A stretch of DNA of 64,000 bases from Octopus vulgaris. Its lineage: Eukaryota. The stretch's first letter is position 1, and every line of letters begins with the position of its first letter. Below, piece by piece: positions 51,773 to 64,000 of the stretch. The notes under the pieces are model-generated. The model saw nothing but the letters and a program-made list of their open reading frames with translations, made no database searches and was not told where the DNA came from. The stretch covers positions 136,214,001-136,278,000 of the forward strand of contig OX597818.1 of NCBI GenBank assembly GCA_951406725.2, in the 5' to 3' direction. The position numbers were made by a program, and so were the translations under genes.

Positions 51773-51955
51773 GTGTATGCTTATATGTGTGTCTGCATGT
51801 ATGTCTGTATGAGGATAAGTAATTAAAGTACAACTGTTCATTTAAGCAAAAGGTCTGTTAAAGTAGGTGTGTTAATCAGTTTGAGTCATTTGTTTTCTCC
51901 AATTAATTAGTATTAAGAAGAAGCATAATAGATAATGCATTTCAGGAAAGAGTAA

Positions 51956-51991
51956 CTGAGCTTTCAGACATACAGGTATCCATCTTCAGAG
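51956..51991 (-). ncRNA. Degenerate minimal hammerhead-like motif
   Basis: Minus strand CU-CUGAAGA-u-GGAUA-ccugua-UGUCU-GAAA-GC-UC-AG; palindromic AGCU stem III; stem I only 2 bp. Confidence 0.4.
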
Positions 51992-52020
51992 AAGGGATAT
52001 TAAAATAAGGTTAAGGTTAA

Positions 52021-52440
52021 GGGCGCAGGAGTGGCTGTGTGGTAAGTAGCTTGCTAACCAACCACATGGTTCCGGGTTCAGTCTCATTGCGTGGCACCTT
52101 GGGCAAGTGTCTTCTACTATAGCCTCGGGCCGACCAAAGCCTTGTGAGTGGATTTGGTAGACGGAAACTGAAAGAAGCCTGTCGTATATATGTATATATA
52201 TATATATGTGCGTGTGTGTGTTTGTGTGTCTGTGTCTGTCCCCCTAGCATTGCTTGACAACCGATGCTGGTGTGCTTACGTCCCCGTTACTTAGCGGTTC
52301 GGCAAAAGAGACCGATAGAATAAGTACTGGGCTTACAAAAGAATAAGTCCCGGGGTCGAGTTGCTCGATTAAAGGCGGTGCTCCAGCATGGCCGCAGTCA
52401 AATGACTGAAACAAGTAAAAGAGTAAAAGAGTAAAGAGTC
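52021..52440 (+). mobile_element. SINE family A, full length, young (CpG-rich)
   Basis: ggcgcaggagtggctgtgtggtaagtagcttgc...ggccgcagtcaaatgactgaaacaa(gtaaaaga)n. Confidence 0.93.
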
Positions 52441-52763
52441 ATTATTATATATTGCAGAGAAGTATCACAAAGCAAGAGATAATATTCAAATGCAGGCATA
52501 AGAATAAATTTATTGCATCTATCAACCAGCTAAAATAACAGTCAGAAATTAGGTTAGTAGTTGTTGTGCTGGTGGTGGTGGTGGTAGTGGTAGCAGTAGT
52601 AATAGAGGTGGGTGGTAGCGCAGATGGTAGTGGTAAAAATAGTATTAGTAGTATTGGGAGTAGTAGTAGCAGTGGTGGTGGCAATGGCAATAATATAGTT
52701 GTAGTGGTGATAGTGGTAGTGATGGTCATAATAGTAGTAGCCACTGTAGGGTTAGTGGTGCTG

Positions 52764-52824
<61 letters not shown>

Positions 52825-52829
52825 CATTC

Positions 52830-53610
52830 AGTAGCCTTATTTTTATCATGTCCTTTCACTCCACTACTGAGCACAGCTCTGTGTGCCTTGGGTATGTGCT
52901 GTAGTCTGTTGTGATGCTCTTACTTTTACTGTAATTAAAGTGTTTTACGTAGGATATGAGCAGTGCCTAGTAGTACTATTTTCTGTATGTTATATATACT
53001 TGTTAGTCCTAGTGTTTTTGTAATGTATTAGTCTGAATATTTTTTTTATCATACCTAATGCACCTACTGTGATAAGAATTGCTTCTGTTTTTAGACTCCA
53101 TATTCGAGTTACTTCTGCTTCCAGATCTTTGTATTTTGAAAAGTTCCGTTTCTTTTAGAGAAACATTGTCATCTATTGGTATTGATGCATCGATTAAAAA
53201 GCATTTTTTCCTTGGTGATCTCTGACAACTATATCAGGCTTATTGGCCTTAATTTCTCTATGTGTGTATTGGAATATCTTATAGTATGGTTGCTTTCTCA
53301 TTTTCTGTGACCTTTTCTGGTGTGTGCCTACATTATCTTTTTTCTGTTGTTATTTCATAGTGTTGGCATAGCTTCCAGTGTATGTAGGTCCCAACTCTGT
53401 GAATATATTCCCTCTTAGCCAGGACTGGGCAGCCAGAGACAATATGATTTATTGTTTCTTCTCCATCACCACATATTCTGCAGTTACTTGTATTTCTTTT
53501 CATTACATGTTCTTGGTAATTTCTGGTGGGACGGCTTTCATCCTTGTACTGCAATTAAAAATCCTTCAATCTCTGCTTTGAGTCCTGAGCTTCTCAGCCA
53601 TTGCTGAGTG
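52830..53610 (-). pseudogene. RLE-type (R4/Dong-like) LINE 3' remnant: CCHC finger plus restriction-like endonuclease
   Basis: QWLRSSGLKAEIEGFLIAVQ; CRICGDGEETINHIVSGCPVLAKREYIHR; IKANKPDIVVRD..LIDASIP; followed by (TAA)n at 52765-52825. Confidence 0.88.
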
Positions 53611-53941
53611 CTAGTAATGGTGCAAAAGATGATAGAATACTTTCTGACCCCAAAATAGGATATTTGTCTATGACCTTCTACAATCTATGTTCAAATCCTC
53701 CTGAGGTTGATTCTTGCTTTCCATCTTTCCTGGGTCCATAAAAATACTGGCATTAAATATAGTCAACGATATTACTCAGATGACAGGGAATGGTTTGAGG
53801 GAAATTTAGCTGCTACTTTTAGTGGGTTAAGCAACTACATAGAGGTTCTCTTGTTGCTCCAGTATTGGTTGCTGTTAAGGAAGTGTATAGGTGGTGGAGG
53901 TGGAGTTTGTATATGTGAAGGATGTAAATGATTGTTGCAGA

Positions 53942-54139
53942 ACTACCACCACGACCACCACCACCACTGTCACCACCTCTGTTGGTGCTTCTGTGCAGGT
54001 TCTGCTGTTGCTGCAGTTTCTACTGCCTCTGCTGCTGCCTCTACCAAGTCCACTGCCTCTGCTGCCACTGCCACCATCACCACTGCTGCTGCTGCTGGTC
54101 CTGCTGCTGCTGCTGGTCCTGCTGCTGCTGCTGCTGCTG

Positions 54140-54237
<98 letters not shown>

Positions 54238-54285
54238 GCTGCCGCCACTGCCACCACCACCACCACTACCACTACTACTACTATT
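53942..54285. repeat. Compound (CAC/CTG/CTA)n trinucleotide tract
   Basis: Directly visible. Confidence 0.95.
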
Positions 54286-54942
54286 AATGTTGTTGTTGCA
54301 GTTTTGTGTATCGCAGCTCAAAGGTCTGCCTTTTAATTTTTTTTTTTTGTTAATTACATTTGCCAATTGATTAACGCAGATAAAAAATCAATGAAAACAA
54401 AGAAAGGAAACAAGAAATTAAACAAAAAAAAAGAAAATCAATAGAAAGAAACTAAAATAAAGATACGGAGCAAGCAAGCCAAACGTTATTAGTTTGTATC
54501 TGAGCGGTTTGTCTTGTGCTCTGCTGTGTTTATGATATTAGAGAAGAAAAGAAGTTTCAAATAAACGACGATATTATTGAAGTACAAACTTAATGGACAC
54601 GTAGGGGGACCGATATTAACATTTGTTGACATCTAGCATCAATGGACACACAGACACACCAAGAAAAAGAAAAACATTTGCCAACACTCAGCATCAAATA
54701 TTGAAACAAACAGTACAAGGGAATCTGATACTTAAATAAACAAATGAATGTTTTCAGAATGAGAAATTTAGAGAGAAAACTAAAATATTTTGTCTAGAAT
54801 ATTAGTGGTGGTGGTCGTGGTGGGTGTGGGGAACACATAAACATGAGTCTATATAATTGGTAACTGCAATTCTTAAAGAATGAATGAACTGGTGCAAAAG
54901 TAAATATTCGTTTTTTTTCTTTAGTTTAATCAATCTTGTGCT

Positions 54943-55310
54943 GTGGAGGCGCAATGGCCCAGTGGTTAGGGCAGCGGACTCGCAGTCGTGGGATCGCGGT
55001 TTCAATCCCCAGAACGGGCGTTGTGAGTGTTTATTGAGCGAAAACACCTAAAAGCTCCATGAGGCTCCAGCAGGGATGGTGGTGATCCCTTCTGTACTCT
55101 TTCACCACAACTTTCTCTCACTCTTACTTCCTGTTTCTGTTGTACCTGTATTTCAACGGGCCGGCCTTGTCACTCTCTGTGTCACGCTGAATATCCCCGA
55201 GAACTACGTTAAGGGTACATGTGCCACTTACACGTTAATTTCACGAGCAGGCTGTTCCGTTCATCGGATCAACCGGAACCCTCGTCGTCGTAACCAACGG
55301 AGTGCTTCCA
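54943..55310 (+). mobile_element. SINE family B, full length
   Basis: Matches 7341-7724; cttgtgctgt repeated at both ends. Confidence 0.9.
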
Positions 55311-55414
55311 CTTGTGCTGTAGGAACACACACACACACAGACACACACACACACACACAGACATATACACACACACACACATGCACACACACACACACAC
55401 ATATGAACATTTTG

Positions 55415-55645
55415 AAGGCGGCAAGCTGGCAGAAACGTTAGCACGCCGGGCAAAATGCGTAGCTGTATTTCGTCCGCCGTTACGTTCTGAGTTCAAATTC
55501 CGCCGAGGTCAACTTTACCTTTCATCCTTTCGGGGTCGATAAATAAAGTACCAGTTTCGCACTGGGGGTCGATGTAATCGACTTAATCCGTTTGTCTGTC
55601 CTTGTTTGTCTCCTCTATGTTTAGCCCCTTGTGGGCAGTAAAGAA
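55415..55645 (+). mobile_element. SINE family C, full length
   Basis: Matches 20945-21172. Confidence 0.9.
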
Positions 55646-56060
55646 AAAACATACATATGAACATGCATGCATGGTGGCTGTCAACTTGAAGACAAGTGTA
55701 ACTCTCACCGACAAATGATCTTCTCCAAGATGTGAAAGACGATGGCTCCCAGCAATGCTCATGCTGAAATTTAAAATTAATCACAGCTTGAACAACATGG
55801 CTAAGACTCTAACCTACAATGCCAAGTGGTTCAGAATCAAGAAAGAGCCAGATCTCTGGTTTTGTAATAAGGTAGGTGCTTATTTTGGAATTTCCTTCTC
55901 CAAGTGAGATGTCTAAACGAAGACTAAAGGTTTTTCATTCCAAGCTGTTTGATGGCTGTTGCTGCAACTATGTTTTTTGCATCCATTGACAGGTTTTATT
56001 CTTTGTTCTGCAGGTTTCCCATTGAAACCACCCCTTCTTACCCAAGTAGAAAAGGAGAAA

Positions 56061-59000
56061 GGAAGTAGAATAGATGAAGGCGGAGCAGAAAGAGTTTGGA
56101 AAGATAATTAATCCTGTATGACACCAACGGTCTGATCCAGTGATTCCCACTGGTGGGGCCTGGGAAAATTATGATGGAGCATGGGATCCAAATTTTGTTT
56201 CTTTCTTTTTAATGGGACATGGAAGTAGAATGGATGAAGGAGGGGCAGAAAGAGTTTGGAAAGATAATTAATCCTGTATGACACCAACGGTCTGATCCAG
56301 TGATTCCCACTGGTGGGGCCTGGGAAAATTATGGTGGAGCATGGGATCCAAATTTTGTTTCTTTCTTTTTAGTGGGACATGGAAGTAGAATGGATGAAGG
56401 AGGGGCAGAAAGAGTTTGGAAAGATAATTAATCCTGTATGACACCAACGGTCTGATCCAGTGATTCCCACTGGTGGGGCCTGGGAAAATTATGATGGAGC
56501 ATGGGATCCAAATTTTGTTTCTTTCTTTTTAGTGGGACATGGAAGTAGAATGGATGAAGGAGGGGCAGAAAGAGTTTGGAAAGATAATTAATCCTGTATG
56601 ACACCAACGGTCTGATCCAGTGATTCCCACTGGTGGGGCCTGGGAAAATTATGATGGAGCATGGGATCCAAATTTTGTTTCTTTCTTTTTAATGGGACAT
56701 GGAAGTAGAATGGATGAAGGAGGGGCAGAAAGAGTTTGGAAAGATAATTAATCCTGTATGACACCAACGGTCTGATCCAGTGATTCCCACTGGTGGGGCC
56801 TGGGAAAATTATGATGGAGCATGGGATCCAAATTTTGTTTCTTTCTTTTTAGTGGGACATGGAAGTAGAATGGATGAAGGAGGGGCAGAAAGAGTTTGGA
56901 AAGATAATTAATCCTGTATGACACCAACGGTTTGATCCAGTGATTCCCACTGGTGGGGCCTGGGAAAATTATGATGGAGCATGGGATCCAAATTTTGTTT
57001 CTTTCTTTTTAATGGGACATGGAAGTAGAATGGATGAAGGAGGGGCAGAAAGAGTTTGGAAAGATAATTAATCCTGTATGACACCAACGGTCTGATCCAG
57101 TGATTCCCACTGGTGGGGCCTGGGAAAATTATGATGGAGCATGGGATCCAAATTTTGTTTCTTTCTTTTTAGTGGGACATGGAAGTAGAATGGATGAAGG
57201 AGGGGCAGAAAGAGTTTGGAAAGATAATTAATCCTGTATGACACCAACGGTTTGATCCAGTGATTCCCACTGGTGGGGCCTGGGAAAATTATGATGGAGC
57301 ATGGGATCCAAATTTTGTTTCTTTCTTTTTAATGGGACATGGAAGTAGAATGGATGAAGGAGGGGCAGAAAGAGTTTGGAAAGATAATTAATCCTGTATG
57401 ACACCAACGGTCTGATCCAGTGATTCCCACTGGTGGGGCCTGGGAAAATTATGATGGAGCATGGGATCCAAATTTTGTTTCTTTCTTTTTAATGGGACAT
57501 GGAAGTAGAATGGATGAAGGAGGGGCAGAAAGAGTTTGGAAAGATAATTAATCCTGTATGACACCAACGGTCTGATCCAGTGATTCCCACTGGTGGGGCC
57601 TGGGAAAATTATGATGGAGCATGGGATCCAAATTTTGTTTCTTTCTTTTTAGTGGGACATGGAAGTAGAATGGATGAAGGAGGGGCAGAAAGAGTTTGGA
57701 AAGATAATTAATCCTGTATGACACCAACGGTCTGATCCAGTGATTCCCACTGGTGGGGCCTGGGAAAATTATGGTGGAGCATGGGATCCAAATTTTGTTT
57801 CTTTCTTTTTAATGGGACATGGAAGTAGAATGGATGAAGGAGGGGCAGAAAGAGTTTGGAAAGATAATTAATCCTGTATGACACCAACGGTCTGATCCAG
57901 TGATTCCCACTGGTGGGGCCTGGGAAAATTATGGTGGAGCATGGGATCCAAATTTTGTTTCTTTCTTTTTAATGGGACATGGAAGTAGAATGGATGAAGG
58001 AGGGGCAGAAAGAGTTTGGAAAGATAATTAATCCTGTATGACACCAACGGTCTGATCCAGTGATTCCTACTGGTGGGGCCTGGGAAAATTATGATGGAGC
58101 ATGGGATCCAAATTTTGTTTCTTTCTTTTTAATGGGACATGGAAGTAGAATGGATGAAGGAGGGGCAGAAAGAGTTTGGAAAGATAATTAATCCTGTATG
58201 ACACCAACGGTCTGATCCAGTGATTCCCACTGGTGGGGCCTGGGAAAATTATGATGGAGCATGGGATCCAAATTTTGTTTCTTTCTTTTTAGTGGGACAT
58301 GGAAGTAGAATGGATGAAGGAGGGGCAGAAAGAGTTTGGAAAGATAATTAATCCTGTATGACACCAACGGTCTGATCCAGTGATTCCCACTGGTGGGGCC
58401 TGGGAAAATTATGATGGAGCATGGGATCCAAATTTTGTTTCTTTCTTTTTAGTGGGACATGGAAGTAGAATGGATGAAGGAGGGGCAGAAAGAGTTTGGA
58501 AAGATAATTAATCCTGTATGACACCAACGGTCTGATCCAGTGATTCCCACTGGAAAAATTATGGTGGAGCATGGGATCCAAATTTTGTTTCTTTCTTTTA
58601 GTGGGACATGGAAGTAGAATGGATGAAGGAGGGGCAGAAAGAGTTTGGAAAGATAATTAATCCTGTATGACACCAACGGTCTGATCCAGTGATTCCTACT
58701 GGTGGGGCCTGGGAAAATTATGGTGGAGCATGGGATCCAAATTTTGTTTCTTTCTTTTAATGGGACATGGAAGTAGAATGGATGAAGGAGGGGCAGAAAG
58801 AGTTTGGAAAGATAATTAATCCTGTATGACACCAACGGTCTGATCCAGTGATTCCCACTGGAAAAATTATGGTGGAGCATGGGATCCAAATTTTGTTTCT
58901 TTCTTTTTAATGGGACATGGAAGTAGAATGGATGAAGGAGGGGCAGAAAGAGTTTGGAAAGATAATTAATCCTGTATGACACCAACGGTCTGATCCAGTG

Positions 59001-62000
59001 ATTCCCACTGGTGGGGCCTGGGAAAATTATGATGGAGCATGGGATCCAAATTTTGTTTCTTTCTTTTTAGTGGGACATGGAAGTAGAATGGATGAAGGAG
59101 GGGCAGAAAGAGTTTGGAAAGATAATTAATCCTGTATGACACCAACGGTCTGATCCAGTGATTCCCACTGGTGGGGCCTGGGAAAATTATGATGGAGCAT
59201 GGGATCCAAATTTTGTTTCTTTCTTTTTAGTGGGACATGGAAGTAGAATGGATGAAGGAGGGGCAGAAAGAGTTTGGAAAGATAATTAATCCTGTATGAC
59301 ACCAACGGTCTGATCCAGTGATTCCCACTGGAAAAATTATGGTGGAGCATGGGATCCAAATTTTGTTTCTTTCTTTTTAGTGGGACATGGAAGTAGAATG
59401 GATGAAGGAGGGGCAGAAAGAGTTTGGAAAGATAATTAATCCTGTATGACACCAACGGTCTGATCCAGTGATTCCTACTGGTGGGGCCTGGGAAAATTAT
59501 GATGGAGCATGGGATCCAAATTTTGTTTCTTTCTTTTTAATGGGACATGGAAGTAGAATGGATGAAGGAGGGGCAGAAAGAGTTTGGAAAGATAATTAAT
59601 CCTGTATGACACCAACGGTCTGATCCAGTGATTCCCACTGGTGGGGCCTGGGAAAATTATGGTGGAGCATGGGATCCAAATTTTGTTTCTTTCTTTTTAG
59701 TGGGACATGGAAGTAGAATGGATGAAGGAGGGGCAGAAAGAGTTTGGAAAGATAATTAATCCTGTATGACACCAACAGTCTGATCCAGTGATTCCCACTG
59801 GAAAAATTATGGTGGAGCATGGGATCCAAATTTTGTTTCTTTCTTTTTAGTGGGACATGGAAGTAGAATGGATGAAGGAGGGGCAGAAAGAGTTTGGAAA
59901 GATAATTAATCCTGTATGACACCAACGGTCTGATCCAGTGATTCCCACTGGTGGGGCCTGGGAAAATTATGCTGGAGCATGGGATCCAAATTTTGTTTCT
60001 TTCTTTTTAGTGGGACATGGAAGTAGAATGGATGAAGGAGGGGCAGAAAGAGTTTGGAAAGATAATTAATCCTGTATGACACCAACAGTCTGATCCAGTG
60101 ATTCCCACTGGTGGGGCCTGGGAAAATTATGATGGAGCATGGGATCCAAATTTTGTTTCTTTCTTTTTAGTGGGACATGGAAGTAGAATGGATGAAGGAG
60201 GGGCAGAAAGAGTTTGGAAAGATAATTAATCCTGTATGACACCAACAGTCTGATCCAGTGATTCCCACTGGTGGGGCCTGGGAAAATTATGATGGAGCAT
60301 GGGATCCAAATTTTGTTTCTTTCTTTTTAGTGGGACATGGAAGTAGAATGGATGAAGGAGGGGCAGAAAGAGTTTGGAAAGATAATTAATCCTGTATGAC
60401 ACCAACGGTCTGATCCAGTGATTCCCACTGGTGGGGCCTGGGAAAATTATGGTGGAGCATGGGATCCAAATTTTGTTTCTTTCTTTTTAGTGGGACATGG
60501 AAGTAGAATGGATGAAGGAGGGGCAGAAAGAGTTTGGAAAGATAATTAATCCTGTATGACACCAACGGTCTGATCCAGTGATTCCCACTGGTGGGGCCTG
60601 GGAAAATTATGATGGAGCATGGGATCCAAATTTTGTTTCTTTCTTTTTAGTGGGACATGGAAGTAGAATGGATGAAGGAGGGGCAGAAAGAGTTTGGAAA
60701 GATAATTAATCCTGTATGACACCAACGGTCTGATCCAGTGATTCCCACTGGTGGGGCCTGGGAAAATTATGGTGGAGCATGGGATCCAAATTTTGTTTCT
60801 TTCTTTTTAGTGGGACATGGAAGTAGAATGGATGAAGGAGGGGCAGAAAGAGTTTGGAAAGATAATTAATCCTGTATGACACCAACGGTCTGATCCAGTG
60901 ATTCCCACTGGTGGGGCCTGGGAAAATTATGATGGAGCATGGGATCCAAATTTTGTTTCTTTCTTTTAGTGGGACATGGAAGTAGAATGGATGAAGGAGG
61001 GGCAGAAAGAGTTTGGAAAGATAATTAATCCTGTATGACACCAACGGTCTGATCCAGTGATTCCCACTGGTGGGGCCTGGGAAAATTATGATGGAGCATG
61101 GGATCCAAATTTTGTTTCTTTCTTTTTAGTGGGACATGGAAGTAGAATGGATGAAGGAGGGGCAGAAAGAGTTTGGAAAGATAATTAATCCTGTATGACA
61201 CCAACGGTCTGATCCAGTGATTCCCACTGGTGGGGCCTGGGAAAATTATGATGGAGCATGGGATCCAAATTTTGTTTCTTTCTTTTTAGTGGGACATGGA
61301 AGTAGAATGGATGAAGGAGGGGCAGAAAGAGTTTGGAAAGATAATTAATCCTGTATGACACCAACGGTCTGATCCAGTGATTCCCACTGGTGGGGCCTGG
61401 GAAAATTATGATGGAGCATGGGATCCAAATTTTGTTTCTTTCTTTTTAGTGGGACATGGAAGTAGAATGGATGAAGGAGGGGCAGAAAGAGTTTGGAAAG
61501 ATAATTAATCCTGTATGACACCAACGGTCTGATCCAGTGATTCCCACTGGTGGGGCCTGGGAAAATTATGATGGAGCATGGGATCCAAATTTTGTTTCTT
61601 TCTTTTTAGTGGGACATGGAAGTAGAATGGATGAAGGAGGGGCAGAAAGAGTTTGGAAAGATAATTAATCCTGTATGACACCAACGGTCTGATCCAGTGA
61701 TTCCCACTGGTGGGGCCTGGGAAAATTATGATGGAGCATGGGATCCAAATTTTGTTTCTTTCTTTTTAGTGGGACATGGAAGTAGAATGGATGAAGGAGG
61801 GGCAGAAAGAGTTTGGAAAGATAATTAATCCTGTATGACACCAACGGTCTGATCCAGTGATTCCCACTGGTGGGGCCTGGGAAAATTATGATGGAGCATG
61901 GGATCCAAATTTTGTTTCTTTCTTTTTAGTGGGACATGGAAGTAGAATGGATGAAGGAGGGGCAGAAAGAGTTTGGAAAGATAATTAATCCTGTATGACA

Positions 62001-63533
62001 CCAACGGTCTGATCCAGTGATTCCCACTGGTGGGGCCTGGGAAAATTATGATGGAGCATGGGATCCAAATTTTGTTTCTTTCTTTTTAGTGGGACATGGA
62101 AGTAGAATGGATGAAGGAGGGGCAGAAAGAGTTTGGAAAGATAATTAATCCTGTATGACACCAACGGTCTGATCCAGTGATTCCCACTGGTGGGGCCTGG
62201 GAAAATTATGATGGAGCATGGGATCCAAATTTTGTTTCTTTCTTTTTAATGGGACATGGAAGTAGAATTGATGAAGGAGGGGCAGAAAGAGTTTGGAAAG
62301 ATAATTAATCCTGCATGACACCAACGGTCTGATCCAGTGATTCCCACTGGTGGGGGCCTGGGAAAATTATGATGGAGCATGGGATCCAAATTTTGTTTCT
62401 TTCTTTTTAGTGGGACATGGAAGTAGAATGGATGAAGGAGGGGCAGAAAGAGTTTGGAAAGATAATTAATCCTGTATGACACCAACGGTCTGATCCAGTG
62501 ATTCCCACTGGTGGGGCCTGGGAAAATTATGATGGAGCATGGGATCCAAATTTTGTTTCTTTTTAGTGGGACATGGAAGTAGAATGGATGAAGGAGGGGC
62601 AGAAAGAGTTTGGAAAGATAATTAATCCTGTATGACACCAACGGTTTGATCCAGTGATTCCCACTGGTGGGGCCTGGGAAAATTATGATGGAGCATGGGA
62701 TCCAAATTTTGTTTCTTTCTTTTTAATGGGACATGGAAGTAGAATGGATGAAGGAGGGGCAGAAAGAGTTTGGAAAGATAATTAATCCTGTATGACACCA
62801 ACGGTCTGATCCAGTGATTCCCACTGGTGGGGCCTGGGAAAATTATGATGGAGCATGGGATCCAAATTTTGTTTCTTTTTAGTGGGACATGGAAGTAGAA
62901 TGGATGAAGGAGGGGCAGAAAGAGTTTGGAAAGATAATTAATCCTGTATGACACCAACGGTCTGATCCAGTGATTCCCACTGGTGGGGCCTGGGAAAATT
63001 ATGATGGAGCATGGGATCCAAATTTTGTTTCTTTCTTTTTAATGGGACATGGAAGTAGAATGGATGAAGGAGGGGCAGAAAGAGTTTGGAAAGATAATTA
63101 ATCCTGTATGACACCAACGGTCTGATCCAGTGATTCCCACTGGTGGGGCCTGGGAAAATTATGGTGGAGCATGGGATCCAAATTTTGTTTCTTTCTTTTT
63201 AGTGGGACATGGGAGTAGAATGGATGAAGGAGGGGCAGAAAGAGTTTGGAAAGATAATTAATCCTGTATGACACCAACGGTCTGATCCAGTGATTCCCAC
63301 TGGTGGGGCCTGGGAAAATTATGGTGGAGCATGGGATCCAAATTTTGTTTCTTTCTTTTTAGTGGGACATGGAAGTAGAATGGATGAAGGAGGGGCAGAA
63401 AGAGTTTGGAAAGATAATTAATCCTGTATGACACCAACGGTCTGATCCAGTGATTCCCACTGGTGGGGCCTGGGAAAATTATGGTGGAGCATGGGATCCA
63501 AATTTTTTTCTTTCTTTTTAGTGGGACATGGAA
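56061..63533. repeat. 160-bp tandem array (satellite/large VNTR), ~47 units
   Basis: Unit ggaagtagaatggatgaaggaggggcagaaagagtttggaaagataattaatcctgtatgacaccaacggtctgatccagtgattcccactggtggggcctgggaaaattatgRtggagcatgggatccaaattttgtttctttctttttaRtgggacat; one BamHI site per unit; four units carry a 10-bp deletion. Confidence 0.98.
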
Positions 63534-64000
63534 TTGTGAAATGTTTTTTCTTAGTCGATAATGTACTTTTTTTTGTACTTAATAAAAGAGTTACCTGTAG
63601 ATTCTTTTCTATTAAATAATTGTGAGAAAATATTAAAAATAAAGTTGTTTTTTTCCAACAACCTGTGGGGTATACATTTTCCTGGCAAGTCATTGTGGGA
63701 TCTAGGAGAAAATAGGTTGGAAAATACTGGTTTAATTCATCAACACAGGCTGTATCTAGTACAGTTATCTAACATACATTAAATTGCTAAGTGATTAGTT
63801 CCAACACTTTTTTTTTATATTTTGAAGTTTCTAAGGAAATTCTAAGTCACTTCAGATGTAAACATGTTGCTTACACATTGGAAGTTAAGTCTTCTTTTGA
63901 AATGAGATATTTAGATAAGTTCATCCAATAAAACAATTAATCTTACTCATTTACATACGCCTACATTCCTACATGTGGACCTAGCTAAGATATTCTATTC

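Noticed and set aside
56061-63533. CRISPR array or tandem snoRNA/tRNA/5S gene cluster
   Set aside because: No variable spacers, eukaryotic context, and no convincing C/D or H/ACA boxes, cloverleaf or Pol III A/B boxes in the unit.
58348-63693. Minus-strand ORFs within the 160-bp array
   Set aside because: They arise only where indels shift the frame; 160 is not a multiple of 3.

Overview
Repeat-dense, AT-rich eukaryotic DNA, intronic or intergenic. The SINE complement and microsatellite density suggest an octopus (coleoid cephalopod) genome; this is recognition and inference, not a database result. No host protein-coding gene can be supported, and nearly all ORF-track entries are microsatellite or repeat translations. 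The window holds dozens of SINEs from about four families and decayed autonomous elements: a Penelope-like element with GIY-YIG, L1/Tx1, R4/Dong-type, CR1, maT/DD37D, Tc1 and hAT. It also holds a Helitron, a solo LTR and MITEs. The most notable structures are: (i) a ~7.5 kb homogeneous 160-bp tandem array with local higher-order structure, a possible intron leading into it and a splice-acceptor-like motif in most units; (ii) four minimal hammerhead-ribozyme-like motifs, one apparently intact with a U3-A8 compensatory core; (iii) a perfect palindrome with 126-bp arms; (iv) one short retroelement family whose copies carry different, independently expanded VNTRs (87-bp x ~21, 61-bp x ~8); (v) three head-to-head inverted pairs of the same SINE.
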